DNA of 64,000 bases from Eledone cirrhosa. Taxonomy: Eukaryota. The notes beneath the pieces were generated by a model. The model was not told the origin of the DNA. It worked only from the letters and a program-made list of their open reading frames with translations, and made no database searches. The stretch spans positions 264,492,001-264,556,000 of the forward strand of contig OZ024740.1 of the NCBI GenBank assembly GCA_964016885.1, read 5' to 3'. The stretch's first letter is position 1, and every line of letters begins with the position of its first letter. Below are positions 30,506 to 44,176 of this stretch, piece by piece. Both the position numbers and the translations under genes were made by a program.

Positions 30506-33500
30506 GGGAAGAAGACGCACGAGGTGGCGGAGGTCATGAAATCGCTCCCGTAAGTTTTGAATTTTTAACATATTTAAATCATTTGTGAAATAACAACTCT
30601 TAGTACAAATGCTACGTAAAGCACCCGGCTTGAGCCCCAAAAAATTCGGACCAAAATATATTGTTATAAGGCTCAAATATTCAAATATTCAACTTTGTAT
30701 TGTACACTGTATATCCAAAAAAGAAAATCGCTATAAATGGAAGAAGAACCCCCCCCCTCCTCTCCTCTGTCTACACTATATAGAACAGCCAAACTCACCA
30801 ACACCAGAAACTAGATACACCACCCACCCCATCACCTGTGTACACTAAATACAACAGCCAGATAACGGCATTTTCACCACCACCGCTCACTACGGCCATC
30901 ATTACCGCCATTATCCCATCACCGCCGCCACCACCCCTTCACTCCTTCACTGCTACCACCGCTACAGCACCATCACTACAGTAATACGGTCACATCACCG
31001 CCACCACTGCCTCGGTATCGACATCACCACCACCACTGTCTCAGTATCGCTACCGCCGCCAGTCTCCCACTTCTCACCCGGCTGGCTGCTGCCACCACAT
31101 TATAGAATCCCTACTGCTAAAAAAGAGGAAGGCATCAAAATATATAGATAGACTCAAAAGAAAAAAGAAAAAAAAAAAAAAAAAACCAAAGCACCACAGC
31201 AACAACAGCAAAAAAACGAGAAAAACAAACAGAAAAACAAAAACAAAAACAAAAACAAAAAAAACCCCAAAAACGTAAAGAAAATAAGAATGAAGAGAGA
31301 AGCAGGCGGACGGACAGAGAAGAGGGGGGAAAAACTAAAACTTAAAAAACCAAAACTAAGTCAGACATTCGAACACTACATTACAATGAAACTTATGCTT
31401 ATTCATTTTTGGGGCCCTTTCTGCCTGTGTGTTTGTTTGTTTATGTGTGTTCGTATACAGCGTGGTGATAATGCCACACAAGGGCCAAGTGGAATGGCGG
31501 ATCCACAGATGGCTATGTAACAATACATTCGCCAATCCTCGATAAGAGTGTTTAAATATCGAACATAAACAGTTCGAATAACGGTGAAATGGAGACTAGA
31601 ACGTCATGTGACAGACTCTCACCCAACAGGTGCCCCCTGGCTCAGCAGCAGGAACCTGACTGTCAACCAAATACTGCTGATGTTGGAGGAAGGAGAAGAA
31701 GGAAAGGGGCCAGAACCAACTGGACGAAAGAATTGAATAGAACTGTTATGCAATGTTACCTGAAAAGTAACCCCAAGGAGAGGGGCTACAGGAGACGGAT
31801 GCATAACATCTGGAACGAGATTGGTTTATTTAAATTAGATGAACAAAAATTGGCCGGGCAGGCTCGGGTAATAAGAACTAATGGGTGGATAAACGAGCTG
31901 GAACTGGAGGAACTGAGCAGAGAGAATGGCTTGGAGATGGCGGGTGTAGTATGCCAGACAAGCGAGCCAGTGGGAAATGAAGGCGAAGAGGTCCTGAGAA
32001 CGGAGGAACCACCCGAAGCAGACAATGATCTGAATACTGAGATAAATAATACCTGGAACAGAGATACGGCCACTGAGGAGATGAATGCTGACGGGCTAGG
32101 ACAAGATTCGGTTGACATCCTAAATTTAGTGGTAGATGAATTGAACAATGATAGTGGGAGACCTATGAACCTAAGATTTGTAGACAGGAAAAAGTTAAAA
32201 GAAACAACAGCTAAGGTAAACAAAGTCATCCCATACCTGGAGGCGAGGAGCCTTCACCAGTGCAACAATATCCTCAAAGCAACAGCAAATACGGTGAGGA
32301 AACTACTTGGTATAAAAGCGAGAGGAAACAACAGACAAGAAAGAGCAGAGCCGTGGTGGAAGAAGCGACTGAGTGGGCAAATCGGGGAAATGAGAAATGA
32401 CATAGGAAAGCTTGAGTCACTACTGAATGGGACACTAAAAAACATAGGCACTAAAAATAGACTGGAAATAAAATACAAAACTAGGAGGAAAAAGCTAAAT
32501 ATTATCATAGAGGAACTGAAGCAACGCATTGTAGCAAAGAGTGCAAAAATCAGGCGATACGAGAACAGAGTCAGTCAGTATAAACAGAACCGCATGTTCG
32601 ACAACAACCAGAAGATGCTGTTTGGACAGCTTGAGGGGAAAGAAAGAGGCAACGACTTGATCCCTGGTGCGGAGCAAACTAAAACATTCTGGAGAGGAAT
32701 ATGGGAGCAGGATGTTAGACATAATGTCCAGGCAGGGTGGATTGAGACAGTACAGAGGGAGATCGGTGAGCAGGCACAACAACAAACTGATTTGAGTATC
32801 ACAGTTGAAACTCTTAAGGGGCAGGCCAAAAAACTAACCAACTGGAAATCACCAGGCCCAGATGGTGTGCAGGGGTATTGGATTAAACATTTAACATCCC
32901 TCCACCCGAAGCTGACGGCCATGTTCAATGACTGCTTTGTGTCGGGTGAGGTGCCAGAGTGGTTGACAAAAGGTACCACAGTTCTGATAATGAAAGACCG
33001 AATCAAGGGTAATGATGTTACCAACTATAGACTTATTACATGTCTGTCCGTAATGTGGAAACTGTTGACGAGCATTGTGTCTGAGGAAATCTACCATCAC
33101 CTCCACACAAACAACTTGTTACCGGACGAACAGAAAGGATGCCGAAAGAAGTCACGTGGTACAAAGGACCAGTTACTTATTGATAAGATGGTAATGGGGA
33201 ATTGCAGGAGGAGACACACTGATCTTGCCATGGGATGGATAGACTACAGAAAGGCATTTGACATGGTCCCTCATTCTTGGATCACCAAAAGCCTGGAGAT
33301 CTTCAGGGTGGCAGATAACATCAGACAGTTGCTGGGCAGGAGTATGGGGTCCTGGGAGACAGAGTTGACATCAACTGGAGTATCCTTGGTAAGCGTGAAG
33401 ATCAAGAGAGGTATCTTCCAGGGAGATAGCATGTCCCCTATGTTGTTTGTCCTTGCCCTGATGCCCTTGACCATTATGCTGCGAAAAGTGAGAGCAGGAT

Positions 33501-35068
33501 ACAAGTTGGGAAGGGGAGAGCTTACCATCAATCACCTCCTCTTCATGGACGATCTTAAGCTCTTTGGGAAAAGTGAGAAGGAGTTGGATGTGCTTGTTGA
33601 CACTGTCCGTATTTTCAGCAGTGATATACGTATGCAGTTTGGTATTGGTAAATGTGGAGTCATTGTGATGAAGAGTGGTAGGTTGAGCAGAAGTAACGGG
33701 ATCCAGATACCAACAGGTGAGATGATAAAGGAAATTGACTCTGAGGAAGGATACAAGTATTTGGGCGTTCTGGAGGCTGATGGCATAAATAACAAAAAAA
33801 TGAAGGAATTGTTAAGAACTGAATACATTCGGAGAGTAAGGAGCGTATTGAAGTCACATCTGAACAGCAGAAATGCCATAAGCGCAGTAAATTCCCGAGC
33901 TGTGTCTATTATTAGGTACAGTGCGGGAATTCTGAGATGGAATGTTGCTGAACAAAAAGAAATGGATAGGAAGACTAGGAAGCTATTGACTATCTACAAC
34001 ATGTTCCACAAGAGGAGTGATGTCGATAGACTCTACCTAAGGAGATCTGAGGGTGGAAGAGGTCTTATCAGCATAGAGGACTGTGTTCAGATGGAGAAAA
34101 ACAACCTATACAAATACGTGACCTATAGTAAGGAGCCAATGCTCAGAACTGTACTGAAGGAGGGGACAGTAGGCCAGGGGATGTCCAAGGAGGAAATAAC
34201 ATCAAGGAGGAAGAGCAGCTTTAAGGGAAAATCCCTTCATAGTACCTTCTTTGAGAAAACTGAATTTAGAGATCCACAGACATGGAACTGGTTGAGAAGA
34301 GGAGACCTCAAAAGGGCTACAGAAGGAATGCTAATGGCTGCGCAGGAGCAGGCCCTCAAAACGAAGTGGTTGAAGCACCATATCTACAAGTAGGAGGCTA
34401 GCCCACTGTGCATGATCTGTGGAGAGGGAGAGGAGACTGTGGCTCACATTGTGTCCGAGTGTAAACACATAGCCCAGACCCACTATAAGGGCTGGAGACA
34501 CGATGTGATGGGCAGGGTGATCCACTGGCACCTGTGCAAAGTAAACAATCTACCACATTCTGAGAAATGGTATGAGCATAGGCCAGAGGCGGTGATGGAG
34601 AACAGTCAGGTGAAGGTGCTGTGGGATTTTAGGATACAGACGGACAAAAAACTGGAACACAATAGACCTGACCTGGTGGTTGTGGACAAAGATAAAAGAT
34701 CGTGCCTGATTGTGGATGTGGCCTGCCCGTTCGACACGAGAGTGCAAGAGAAGGAGAGGGAGAAAATTAACCGAAACCAGGACCTAAAGTGGGAGGTGAA
34801 AAGGATTTGGAACTGCCATGAAGTCAAAGTGATCCCGATTGTCATAGGCGCACTGGGGACTATCTCCAAAGGTTTCCAGGGATGGTTAAAGAAAATCGGC
34901 CCCTTCACGCATTTTTGGAACGCTTCAAAAGGCATGCTTGCTTGGAACAGCAAGAACCCTCCGATACGTCCTGAATATCTGAGGCTGCAGGTAGTGGCTT
35001 GATATTCAATCCAACGGACTTTCCAGTTAACCAACATCAATGACTGAGATTCAAGGAATAACAATAAC

Positions 35069-35123
<55 letters not shown>
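30505..35123 (+). mobile_element. R4/Dong-clade RLE non-LTR retrotransposon, family A, near full length, in (TAA)n
   Basis: Single ORF with RT, CCHC and RLE domains; short 3' UTR followed by a (TAA)n tail. The 5' boundary is inferred from the upstream (TAA)n and is uncertain. Confidence 0.88.
31589..34982 (+). pseudogene. R4-A polyprotein (N-terminal domain, RT, CCHC, restriction-like endonuclease); premature TAG at 34391 and frameshift near 34911
   Basis: WKSPGPDG, DYRKAFDMVPH, GIFQGDS, HLLFMDDLKL, C..C...ETVAHIVSEC, RHD, HNRPD..IVDVACP..EK. Other copies have GAG at the stop position and end LRYVLNI. Confidence 0.93.
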
Positions 35124-35125
<2 letters not shown>

Positions 35126-38115
35126 CTAAACATTACTGACTTAATCATCTCTATTATGCATCGGCTAAAGTCACCACTCACTTATGTGGAGTGAAGATGA
35201 AAAAACAAAGGAATTTCCACAAGAAATCTACTTGGCAAGATAACATCAATCGCCAAATAAACCTTCTCCGATCTGACATAGAAATTTTAACAAACTATAA
35301 AGTAGGTGAACATGTTAAACAAACTAAACTTAGAAAATTGAAAAAAAAGTACAGTATAAGATCAACATGTGACATAGACATGCTGATAGAAACAATCAAG
35401 CAAAAAGTGTCGGCCAAAGCTGCTCGTATAAGGCGCTTTGAAAAACGATCTAGATTCTATAAGGACAATAATATGTTCAAAAACAACCAAAGAAACTTCT
35501 ACAGTAAAAATTGGTAAGTCAACAATAACTGCTAAATCAATACCACCCAAGGAGGAAGTGCAAGAATTCTGGGAAAAGATCTGGGCCGAAGAAAAAGTTC
35601 ATAACATACATGCCCCATGGATAGACAGACAAATGAAAGAAACAGCTCACCTTGAAGAACAAACATGGGAAAATATAACAGTTGAACAGCTGCGCTTGGC
35701 TCTAAGAAAAACCAGCAAATGGAAATCCCCAGGAAAAGACAAAATACAAAACTTTTGGATAAATGCCTTCACAGAGTCTCATGAGCTGTTAGCCCAACTT
35801 TACAATGAAATAGTTAAGGAGCCAGAAAAGATACCATCATGGCTAGTTAACGGCATTACATTCCTGCTACCGAAGAATGATGAGACAAACAATCCCAAAA
35901 ATTACAGACCGATAACCTGCTTGACCACAATGTATAACATTTTAACATCAGTCCTAACTGAATACACATATGACCACCTGATAACAAATGACCTATTTCC
36001 CATTGAGCAGAAAGGGTGTAAACGAGGCTCATATGGCTGTAAGGATCAGCTTCTGGTTAACAAAATGTTACTGGAAGATTGTCATAACAGACACAAAAAT
36101 ATATCGATTGCTTGGATAGATTATAAAAAAGCATTTGATAGTTTACCACACAGTTGGATTGAAAAATGTTTAGAGATTTTCAAAATATCCCCCGTTGTCA
36201 GGAGGTTTTTGTCATTCAGTATGAGGACATGGAGAACGACACTCCTTTTCAATAGTGAAACAAAATCACTGGAAGCTGGAGAAGTTAACATTAATTGTGG
36301 AATTTTTCAGGGTGACTCTTTATCACCGCTTTTATTCTGCATCGCGCTTATACCATTAAGTGAAATGCTCAATGAAACAAAACATGGATATAGAGTCTAT
36401 GACAAAACCATTAATCACCTGTTCTACATGGATGACCTGAAACTATTTGCAAAAAATGATGAACAATTGCAAGGGCTATTATCCACTGTGAAGCAGTTCA
36501 GTGATGACATTAAAATGGAGTTTGGACTGGATAAATGCGCCAAAGCAACGTTCACCAGAGGAAAGCTGCTGACGAGTTCAGACATTAATCTTGATCGGGG
36601 AAACGTGATAAGAGAGCTTGATCAAGAACAAACTTACAAATATCTAGGTGTTTGTGAAGGAGACGGAATCAAGCACTCGACAATGAGGGAAAGGATAAGG
36701 AAGGAATGTTACCGCAGAGTCAGAGCAATCTTAAGAACGGAATTGAATGCAAGGAATAGGATCGATGCCATAAACACGCTTGCCATACCAGTAGTAACCT
36801 ACAGTTACAATGTCATCAACTGGTCAAGCACAGAGATCCGTAGGCTCGATACAAAAATCCGAAAATTCTTAACCATGCACAGAATGCATCACCCTAAGGC
36901 AGACATAGATAGAATATATCTCCCTAGGAAAGAAGGAGGGCGTTGGTTAATCCAGTTAGACATTGCGTTGAAAACTGCAACAATTGGATTATCCACATAT
37001 CTAAGGGATTCACATGATTGGATGATCAAACTCGTTTTGAAACACGAAAGCACCAAAAGATCATATTCCATTACAAAAGATGCACAAAGATACAGTAATG
37101 GACTACAAATTTCAGAAGTCCCATTTACTGCTGAAATGGAAAACACAGAAAAAGCAAAGCAGGTAAAAGTAACTGCAAAGAAAGAACTGCTACAGAAACT
37201 GGCTAAGAAATGGCAAGAAAAGCCTCTGTATGGAAAATACCCAGAGCGAGCTAACAATCATGATGTTGACAAAACTTTAACCCATCAGTGGTTGGCATCC
37301 TCTGGACTGAAATCGGAGACTGAAGGACTGATTATATCCGCACAAGATCAGTGTCTGCCAACAAAAAATTACCAAGCCAACATAATAAAAAATGGGTGCA
37401 GCCCATTATGCCGTGTATGCAAAAAACAACCAGAGACCATTGACCATATAATCTCAATGTGCAGTCCTATAGCTCCAACCGAATACCTAAACAGGCATGA
37501 CAGAGCTGCACAATACATACATTGGATAATGTGTAAGCATTTTGACCTGCTCCATCAAAAGAATTGGTGGGAGCATCAACCACCTCCCATACTTGAAAAA
37601 GATCACATCTCAATCTTGTGGAACTTTAGCATCCAAACAGACCGAAAAATAGATGCAAATAGACCTGATATAATATTGAAGGACTTTCAAAGGAGGGTAT
37701 GCCTGCTAATTGATATGTCTGTTCCAATAGACAAGAATGTATCTATAAAAACATTTAAAAAATTGAGCAAGTATAAGGACCTGGAGATAGAAATTGGAAA
37801 AATGTGGAAATTGAGAACTAAAACAATACCAGTGGTTGTGGGCGCTCTGGGAATGATACCTAAGGGGTCTAACGACTACTTATCGCAAATCCCAGGAAAC
37901 CCGCGTATAGGAGAAATACAAAAGATAGTACTAATGGGAACTGCCCATATACTAAGGAAGATCCTGTCAATATAAGTACATCACAAGTCTAAACGCTAAG
38001 GATGCATGTGTGAATATGTGTGTTCTTTCTTGAACATGGCGGACCTTGTTGTCTCTTGAGGTCACTGGTTGTGACTTGGTGATAACTCGTATAAACATAA
38101 AGCAAGATAAATGCA

Positions 38116-38181
<66 letters not shown>
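35124..38181 (+). mobile_element. R4/Dong-clade element, family B (AT-rich), 5'-truncated, inserted in the tail of family A; ORFs 35191-35517 and 35438-37975 (one frameshift)
   Basis: WKSPGKDKI, DYKKAFDSLPH, GIFQGDSLSP, HLFYMDDLKL, CRVC..ETIDHIISMC, RHD, ANRPD; 3' UTR to 38116, then (TAA)n. Confidence 0.92.
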
Positions 38182-38182
38182 T

Positions 38183-39667
38183 GTTGGATGTGCTTGTTGA
38201 CACTGTCCGTATTTTCAGCAGTGATATATGTATGCAGTTTGGTATTGGTAAATGTGGAGTCATTGTGATGAGGAGGGGTAGGTTGAGCAGAAGTAACGGG
38301 ATCCAGATACCAACAGGTGAGATGATAAAGGAAATTGACTCTGAGGAAGGATACAAGTATTTGGGCGTTCTGGAGGCTGATGGCATAAAGAACAAAAAAA
38401 TGAAGGAATTGTTAAGAACTGAATACATTCGGAGAGTAAGGAGCGTATTGAAGTCACATCTGAACAGCAGAAATGCCATAAGCGCAGTAAATTCCCGAGC
38501 TGTGTCTATTATTAGGTACAGTGCGGGAATCCTGAGATGGAATGTTGCTGAACAAAAAGAAATGGATAGGAAGACTAGGAAGCTATTGACTATCTACAAC
38601 ATGTTCCACAAGAGGAGTGATGTCGATAGACTCTACCTAAGGAGATCTGAGGGTGGAAGAGGTCTTATCAGCATAGAGGACTGTGTTCAGATGGAGAAAA
38701 ACAACCTATACAAATACGTGACCTATAGTAAGGAGCCAATGCTCAGAACTGTACTGAAGGAGGGGACAGTAGGCTAGGGGATACCCAAGGAGGAAATAAC
38801 ATCAAGGAGGAAGAGCAGCCTTAAGGGAAAATCCCTTCATAGTACCTTCTTTGAGAAAACTGAATTTAGAGATCCACAGACATGGAACTGGTTGAGAAGA
38901 GGAGACCTCAAAAAGGCTACAGAAGGAATGCTAATGGCTGCGCAGGGGCAGGCCCTCAAAACGAAGTGGTTGAAGCACCATATCTACAAGGAGGAGGCTA
39001 GCCCACTGTGCAGGATCTGTGGAGAGAGAGAGGAGACTGTGGCTCACATTGTGTCCGAGTGTAAACACCTAGCCCAGACCCACTATAAGGGCTGGAGACA
39101 CGATGTGATGGGCAGGGTGATCCACTGGCACCTGTGCAAAGTAAACAATCTACCACACTCTGAGAAATGGTATGAGCATAGGCCAGAGGCGGTGATGGAG
39201 AACAGTCAGGTGAAGGTGCTGTGGGATTTTAGGATACAGACGGACAAAAAACTGGAACACAATAGACCTGACCTGGTGGTTGTGGACAAAGAAAAAAGAT
39301 CGTGCCTGATTGTGGATGTGGCCTGCCCGTTCGACACGAGAGTGCAAGAGAAGGAGAGGGAGAAAATTAACCGAAACCAGGACCTAAAGTGGGAGGTGAA
39401 AAGGATTTGGAACTGCCATGAAGTCAAAGTGATCCCGATTGTCATAGGCGCACTGGGGACTATCTCCAAAGGTTTCCAGGGATGGTTAAAGAAAATCGGC
39501 CCCTTCACGCTTTTTGGAACGCTTCAAAAGGCATGCTTGCTTGGAACGGCAAGAACCCTCCGATACGTCCTGAATATCTGAGGCTGCAGGTAGTGGCTTG
39601 ATATTCAATCCAACGGACTTTCCAGTTAACCAACATCAATGACTGAGATTCAAGGAATAACAATAAC

Positions 39668-39745
<78 letters not shown>
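38183..39745 (+). mobile_element. R4 family A, 5'-truncated copy (stop at 38775)
   Basis: Near-identical to 33583-35060; preceded and followed by (TAA)n. Confidence 0.92.
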
Positions 39746-39748
<3 letters not shown>

Positions 39749-40879
39749 TGGATTATCCACATATCTAAGGGAATCACATGATTGGATGATCAAACTCGTT
39801 TTGAAACACGAAAGCACCAAAAGATCATATTCCATTACAAAAGATGCACAAAGATACAGTAATGGACTACAAATTTCAGAAGTCCCATTTACTGCTGAAA
39901 TGGAAAACACAGAAAACGCAAAGCAGGTAAAAGTAACTGCAAAGAAAGAACTGCTACAGAAACTGGCTAAGAAATGGCAAGAAAAGCCTCTGTATGGAAA
40001 ATACCCAGAGCGAGCTAACAATCCTGATGTTGACAAAACTTTAACCCATCAGTGGTTGGCATCCTCTGGACTGAAATCGGAGACTGAAGGACTGATTATA
40101 TCCGCACAAGATCAGTGTCTGCCAACAAAAAATTACCAAGCCAACATAATAAAAAATGGGTGCAGCCCATTATGCCGTGTATGCAAAAAACAACCAGAGA
40201 CCATTGACCATATAATTTCAATGTGCAGTCCTATAGCTCCAACCGAATACCTAAACAGGCATGACAGAGCTGCACAATACATACATTGGATAATGTGCAA
40301 GCATTTTGACCTGCCCCATCAAAAGAATTGGTGGGAGCATCAACCACCTCCCATACTTGAAAAAGATCACATCTCAATCTTGTGGAACTTTAGCATCCAA
40401 ACAGACCGAAAAATAGATGCAAATAGACCTGATATAATATTGAAGGACTTTCAAAGGAGGGTATGCCTGCTAATTGATATGTCTGTTCCAATAGACAAGA
40501 ATGTATCTATAAAAACATTTAAAAAATTGAGCAAGTATAAGGACCTGGAGATAGAAATTGGAAAAATGTGGAAATTGAGAACTAAAACAATACCAGTGGT
40601 TGTAGGCGCTCTGGGAATGATACCTAAGGGGTCTAACGACTACTTATCGCAAATCCCAGGAAACCCGCGTATAGGAGAAATACAAAAGATAGTACTAATG
40701 GGAACTGCCCATATACTAAGGAAGATCCTGTCAATATAAGTACATCACAAGTCTAAACACTAAGGATGCATGTGTGAATATGTGTGTTCTTTCTTGAACA
40801 TGGCGGACCTTGTTGTCTCTTGAGGTCACTGGTTGTGACTTGGTGATAACTCGTATAAACATAAAGCAAGATAAATGCA

Positions 40880-40937
<58 letters not shown>
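39746..40937 (+). mobile_element. R4 family B, 5'-truncated copy
   Basis: Near-identical to 36982-38116; (TAA)n tail that turns into (GAA)n. Confidence 0.92.
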
Positions 40938-40938
<1 letters not shown>

Positions 40939-41125
40939 GAAGAAGAAGAAGAAGATATTTTCAGATATTTACAGTATACTAAATGCCGATATACTAAATA
41001 AGTTACATGCTGTGGTGTAGGTAAAACATCATGTAAGAAATAAAACTGTTATATATATCTAACAATTGTCAGTACTTTAAATAAAGCCCTTATTGTACAG
41101 CCAACCATGTTAAATCTTCATTCTT

Positions 41126-41210
<85 letters not shown>

Positions 41211-41219
<9 letters not shown>

Positions 41220-44176
41220 AATATAGACATAGAATATTCGAAAATATTCTGTATGTTTATAATAAACATTTTGAAGACCTAATCGCTATAGAATAGAATA
41301 CGTCACGTATTACAATTAGATTCTCGATAAAAGCAAGGGAAGTAATCTACGCGTTTCATTCTTGTTAGAAATCATCAGGACTACATATCCAGTGCTTTTA
41401 TCGAGAATGACACAGCTAGAGACTTATAGAATACTTAGCTGTGTACAGGAACTGGTTTGAAAGAGCGGTTGCCGGTCCGGCAGAAATTAGAAATTGGAAT
41501 AAATGCTCTGAAATAGCGATATATATGTGAATATAGACATAGAATATTCGAAAATATTCTGTATGTTTATAATAAACATTTTGAAGACCTAATCGCTATA
41601 GAATAGAATACGTCACGTATTACAATTAGATTCTCGATAAAAGCAAGGGAAGTAATCTACGCGTTTCATTCTTGTTAGAAATCATCAGGACTACATATCC
41701 AGTGCTTTTATCGAGAATGACACAGCTAGAGACTTATAGAATACTTAGCTGTGTACAGGAACTGGTTTGAAAGAGCGGTTGCCGGTCCGGCAGAAATTAG
41801 AAATTGGAATAAATGCTCTGAAATAGCGATATATATGTGAATATAGACATAGAATATTCGAAAATATTCTGTATGTTTATAATAAACATTTTGAAGACCT
41901 AATCGCTATAGAATAGAATACGTCACGTATTACAATTAGATTCTCGATAAAAGCAAGGGAAGTAATCTACGCGTTTCATTCTTGTTAGAAATCATCAGGA
42001 CTACATATCCAGTGCTTTTATCGAGAATGACACAGCTAGAGACTTATAGAATACTTAGCTGTGTACAGGAACTGGTTTGAAAGAGCGGTTGCCGGTCCGG
42101 CAGAAATTAGAAATTGGAATAAATGCTCTGAAATAGCGATATATATGTGAATATAGACATAGAATATTCGAAAATATTCTGTATGTTTATAATAAACATT
42201 TTGAAGACCTAATCGCTATAGAATAGAATACGTCACGTATTACAATTAGATTCTCGATAAAAGCAAGGGAAGTAATCTACGCGTTTCATTCTTGTTAGAA
42301 ATCATCAGGACTACATATCCAGTGCTTTTATCGAGAATGACACAGCTAGAGACTTATAGAATACTTAGCTGTGTACAGGAACTGGTTTGAAAGAGCGGTT
42401 GCCGGTCCGGCAGAAATTAGAAATTGGAATAAATGCTCTGAAATAGCGATATATATGTGAATATAGACATAGAATATTCGAAAATATTCTGTATGTTTAT
42501 AATAAACATTTTGAAGACCTAATCGCTATAGAATAGAATACGTCACGTATTACAATTAGATTCTCGATAAAAGCAAGGGAAGTAATCTACGCGTTTCATT
42601 CTTGTTAGAAATCATCAGGACTACATATCCAGTGCTTTTATCGAGAATGACACAGCTAGAGACTTATAGAATACTTAGCTGTGTACAGGAACTGGTTTGA
42701 AAGAGCGGTTGCCGGTCCGGCAGAAATTAGAAATTGGAATAAATGCTCTGAAATAGCGATATATATGTGAATATAGACATAGAATATTCGAAAATATTCT
42801 GTATGTTTATAATAAACATTTTGAAGACCTAATCGCTATAGAATAGAATACGTCACGTATTACAATTAGATTCTCGATAAAAGCAAGGGAAGTAATCTAC
42901 GCGTTTCATTCTTGTTAGAAATCATCAGGACTACATATCCAGTGCTTTTATCGAGAATGACACAGCTAGAGACTTATAGAATACTTAGCTGTGTACAGGA
43001 ACTGGTTTGAAAGAGCGGTTGCCGGTCCGGCAGAAATTAGAAATTGGAATAAATGCTCTGAAATAGCGATATATATGTGAATATAGACATAGAATATTCG
43101 AAAATATTCTGTATGTTTATAATAAACATTTTGAAGACCTAATCGCTATAGAATAGAATACGTCACGTATTACAATTAGATTCTCGATAAAAGCAAGGGA
43201 AGTAATCTACGCGTTTCATTCTTGTTAGAAATCATCAGGACTACATATCCAGTGCTTTTATCGAGAATGACACAGCTAGAGACTTATAGAATACTTAGCT
43301 GTGTACAGGAACTGGTTTGAAAGAGCGGTTGCCGGTCCGGCAGAAATTAGAAATTGGAATAAATGCTCTGAAATAGCGATATATATGTGAATATAGACAT
43401 AGAATATTCGAAAATATTCTGTATGTTTATAATAAACATTTTGAAGACCTAATCGCTATAGAATAGAATACGTCACGTATTACAATTAGATTCTCGATAA
43501 AAGCAAGGGAAGTAATCTACGCGTTTCATTCTTGTTAGAAATCATCAGGACTACATATCCAGTGCTTTTATCGAGAATGACACAGCTAGAGACTTATAGA
43601 ATACTTAGCTGTGTACAGGAACTGGTTTGAAAGAGCGGTTGCCGGTCCGGCAGAAATTAGAAATTGGAATAAATGCTCTGAAATAGCGATATATATGTGA
43701 ATATAGACATAGAATATTCGAAAATATTCTGTATGTTTATAATAAACATTTTGAAGACCTAATCGCTATAGAATAGAATACGTCACGTATTACAATTAGA
43801 TTCTCGATAAAAGCAAGGGAAGTAATCTACGCGTTTCATTCTTGTTAGAAATCATCAGGACTACATATCCAGTGCTTTTATCGAGAATGACACAGCTAGA
43901 GACTTATAGAATACTTAGCTGTGTACAGGAACTGGTTTGAAAGAGCGGTTGCCGGTCCGGCAGAAATTAGAAATTGGAATAAATGCTCTGAAATAGCGAT
44001 ATATATGTGAATATAGACATAGAATATTCGAAAATATTCTGTATGTTTATAATAAACATTTTGAAGACCTAATCGCTATAGAATAGAATACGTCACGTAT
44101 TACAATTAGATTCTCGATAAAAGCAAGGGAAGTAATCTACGCGTTTCATTCTTGTTAGAAATCATCAGGACTACAT
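41211..44176 (-). repeat. Tandem array of a 310-bp HHR-containing monomer (family A), about 9.5 copies, ribozyme sense on the minus strand
   Basis: Unit starts at 41211, 41521, 41831, 42141, 42451, 42761, 43071, 43381, 43691 and 44001; no differences seen between copies; left end merges into (AT)n. Confidence 0.97.
41320..41408 (-). ncRNA. Type I hammerhead ribozyme, family A (first of 10 minus-strand cores, every 310 bp)
   Basis: Reverse complement of 44232-44320. Confidence 0.9.

Noticed and set aside
30740-31360. (CAC)-rich and poly-A-rich stretch as a coding exon
   Set aside because: Low complexity with no sustained ORF; may be R4 5' UTR or unrelated sequence.
31619-40036. Antisense ORFs over the R4 elements
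   Set aside because: Shadow frames of the RT ORF with no independent motifs.
39639-40739. Poly-Ile-leader fusion ORFs (also 56685-59021 and 59067-60200)
   Set aside because: (TAA)n read as ATA codons joins an upstream ATG to a truncated ORF; a one-in-three chance per junction, and the equivalent ATG at about 35040 is not in frame with its downstream element.
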